A stretch of DNA of 64,000 nucleotides from a virus: positions 103,972-167,971 of the IMG/VR virus record IMGVR_UViG_3300031521_000012; one strand, 5' to 3'. This document shows positions 61,930 through 64,000 of this stretch, in pieces. A model generated the notes under the pieces. That model was not told the DNA's origin. It saw nothing but the letters and a program-made list of their open reading frames with translations, and did no database searches. The translations under genes and the position numbers were made by a program. Every line of letters starts with the position of its first letter. Position 1 is the first letter of the stretch.

Positions 61930-63999
61930 TTAACTATTCAATCGTTCCATTATAATTCTTATGTTCTCTTTCAGTTCACTAATTTCATTTTTAAGACAAG
62001 TATTCTCTTTTGTTAATTCCTGTATACCTTTCCATGCAAATGACATCATTGAATAGCTATTGATAGCATTCTTATTATCATTTATTAAATGTTTATCATA
62101 TGTGTCAACTAGTTCGTCTTCAAATACTGGAAATAATGTCAAATCACATTGATTCTTATATCTACCTTCATGAATGATTGTGTTATTAATTAAATTTAAA
62201 CTACAGCCTGTCCAACCTTGAGTTTGATCAGTATAAATATCTTTAGATGATCTTAAAGAGTTGAAGCCACCACCAGTTGCAGTAACACTACCTGAGAAGG
62301 TAGCATTGCCATTATTAGCTATTGTAACAACATCACTACCGTTATTGAATGATAAAAAAGGATTACTACCTTTATTTATAACTCTTACTAATGCAAAACT
62401 ATTGTCATTTGAACCACCTGCGTATTCTTGATCTATAAATAGAGCATTGTTATTTGATGCACCTGAATACACACTACTTATCCTACCCCCCACATAAGCA
62501 TTCCCATTCACTGCCAATTTGTTGCCAGAGGTAGGGTCGGAAGTGTAGCCTAACCAAAGAGAACCTGCTGCATTTAATCTCATTTTCTCACTACTATCCC
62601 CAGCACCATTTCTTGTCCAAAAATATAAATCACCGTAAACATCCCCTGTAACAATATTTCCTATTCCACCAAAAGGATGACTTGCACCATATGTGTTAGA
62701 TGTGTGATAAAATGTAATTTCATCTGTATTCCCTAATGTGTAAGATGTAGGATTATATAAAATAAGTTGAGACGTTGCACTAACAATTTCTACTTTAGCT
62801 CTCGGACTATTAGCACCGAATCCAGTAGTTCCATTAAATATACTATTCCCACCAACTCCAATCCCTCCCCCTACTACTAATGCTCCAGTAGTTGAACTTG
62901 TTGAGGGGGTTGTTGAAGAAACATAAGCATTAATCATATTAAAGTTACCTGACTGATTTAATGTAGCACCAACAGAACCACCATTATAAAGTAATTCCAA
63001 TTTACCGACATTTGATTGTATCCCTGCACTCCAAACATTATTGTTCAGAGATATTTTTCTAATATCACTGGAGACATTAATGAAAGTAGTTGTATTACTG
63101 CCATCATCACTAATCAAACTATTAACCAATCCCCCTGTACCCATCTTAGGGATATAGTTAGCTGTAAGGTTAGTAGGGTTGATCTGTGTAGTAATAACAG
63201 GATTATTAAATATATGACTACCTACTGCATTATAAAGTAAGTTAGTACTGCTCTTACCAATACTATAACTATTACTAACACCATAATCAAATAATACATT
63301 ATAGTTAGCAGGAAGAATAAGATTAGTAAGAGATACAACATCATTACCTGTTATTCTACCTGTAGCACTCACACTCGATGAGAATGTGGCTGCACCTGTT
63401 AGATTTAATATACCACCATTAGCATCAATATTAATACTTTTACCACTTGGGCCAACTATATAAAAACTACCTGTTCCTATACCTGACCTCATAGTGTATA
63501 ACACTGCTTCACTTCCTAAATCATTTTGGAGTGAGAGATATTTTGTTGTAGTCGAAGAAGTTCCTTTAATGGTTACAATATCATTAAAATTTGCCCCAGT
63601 ACCATACAAAGTACCAGTCAAAGCATTCCCTGAACCTGCTGAAAGAGGTAGATAAGCAGTAGAAGTATAAGCATTTGAACCAAGACCAATCCAAGTTCTA
63701 ATTAAAGGTGCTGTACTGTAATGCCATTTCCCACTTGCGTTATCAGCTGTAAGCATATAATCAATAGATGTAGCTTGTGTATTATCAAATAGTTGGCCAT
63801 TCCATTTTTCAGCATTCAAATTACTAACCATAGTAGTACTATTCACTGTAAATGGTGCTGTTCCTGTTGCTACTGTGGATTGAAACTGTGTAGCACTCAC
63901 ATACCCATCCTTACTAACTCTCATCTTTTCTCCAAGAACATTATTAAGTTTTGAAAAGATCACAATATCAGAACTGATATTGCTCATATCTGTTTGAAC
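61930..63999 (-). CDS. tail fibre with C-terminal intramolecular chaperone (peptidase S74-like); 5' end probably beyond the window
   Basis: STVATGTAPFTVNSTTMVSNLNA, EKMRL, GFNSLRSSKDI, C-terminal coiled coil WKGIQEL; frame stays open to the window edge. Confidence 0.85.
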   Translation of the reverse strand, partial: VQTDMSNISSDIVIFSKLNNVLGEKMRVSKDGYVSATQFQSTVATGTAPFTVNSTTMVSNLNAEKWNGQLFDNTQATSIDYMLTADNASGKWHYSTAPLIRTWIGLGSNAYTSTAYLPLSAGSGNALTGTLYGTGANFNDIVTIKGTSSTTTKYLSLQNDLGSEAVLYTMRSGIGTGSFYIVGPSGKSINIDANGGILNLTGAATFSSSVSATGRITGNDVVSLTNLILPANYNVLFDYGVSNSYSIGKSSTNLLYNAVGSHIFNNPVITTQINPTNLTANYIPKMGTGGLVNSLISDDGSNTTTFINVSSDIRKISLNNNVWSAGIQSNVGKLELLYNGGSVGATLNQSGNFNMINAYVSSTTPSTSSTTGALVVGGGIGVGGNSIFNGTTGFGANSPRAKVEIVSATSQLILYNPTSYTLGNTDEITFYHTSNTYGASHPFGGIGNIVTGDVYGDLYFWTRNGAGDSSEKMRLNAAGSLWLGYTSDPTSGNKLAVNGNAYVGGRISSVYSGASNNNALFIDQEYAGGSNDNSFALVRVINKGSNPFLSFNNGSDVVTIANNGNATFSGSVTATGGGFNSLRSSKDIYTDQTQGWTGCSLNLINNTIIHEGRYKNQCDLTLFPVFEDELVDTYDKHLINDNKNAINSYSMMSFAWKGIQELTKENTCLKNEISELKENIRIIMERLNS

Positions 64000-64000
64000 T

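Noticed and set aside
535-63240. Numerous short + strand and alternative-frame ORFs in the track (e.g. 11671..11865, 29005..29397, 40595..40822, 54302..54571, 55951..56358)
   Set aside because: They are shadows of longer ORFs with recognisable motifs and have no independent motifs or promoters
1-64000. Stop-codon reassignment as in Lak/crAss-type Bacteroidota phages
   Set aside because: Genes are full length in the standard code, and TAG and TGA both occur as genuine gene ends
1-64000. tRNA, rRNA or CRISPR arrays
   Set aside because: Intergenic gaps are short and none showed a cloverleaf or repeat-spacer pattern by eye; tRNAscan was not run

Overview
AT-rich, densely coding window of a large myovirus-type (jumbo) bacteriophage genome. 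It uses the standard genetic code and nearly all genes lie on the minus strand. Four TTTG/TTG-N19-20-TAnnTTTG promoters and the lack of obvious Shine-Dalgarno sites point to a Bacteroidota host. Contents from left to right: (1) 0-10 kb replication/recombination genes (Mre11-Rad50 fusion, ECF sigma factor, primase, metallophosphoesterase, RuvC-like resolvase, two tail-tube-like paralogs); (2) 10-22 kb baseplate/tail genes (gp25- and gp6-like wedges, a protein with a Pro/Thr mucin-like stalk); (3) 26.5-44 kb cluster of nucleotide/RNA-modifying effectors centred on a 2370-aa polyvalent protein (2 kinases, GNAT, repeated unknown modules, CCA-adding enzyme, Acb1-like 2H phosphoesterase), flanked by ParB, HAD+ART-like, 2H, WYL and Nudix genes; (4) 44-53 kb intein-containing family B polymerase, orphan QueC-like gene and SNF2 helicase; (5) 53-64 kb virion/fibre proteins around a five-gene glycosylation operon (GT60, GT4-like, GT25, GT11, UDP-Galp mutase). 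A GTATTTAT motif precedes the structural and effector genes. Two candidate new systems stand out, both hypotheses from manual motif reading with no database searches. (A) A late-expressed, probably capsid-packaged counter-defence/tRNA-repair polyprotein whose domain junctions are marked by prohead-protease-like [ILVM]-x-E sites. (B) A phage-encoded mucin-type O-glycosylation pathway initiated by GT60, with PT stalks and a pervasive [ST]-G-x-[TS] motif in virion proteins as candidate acceptors.
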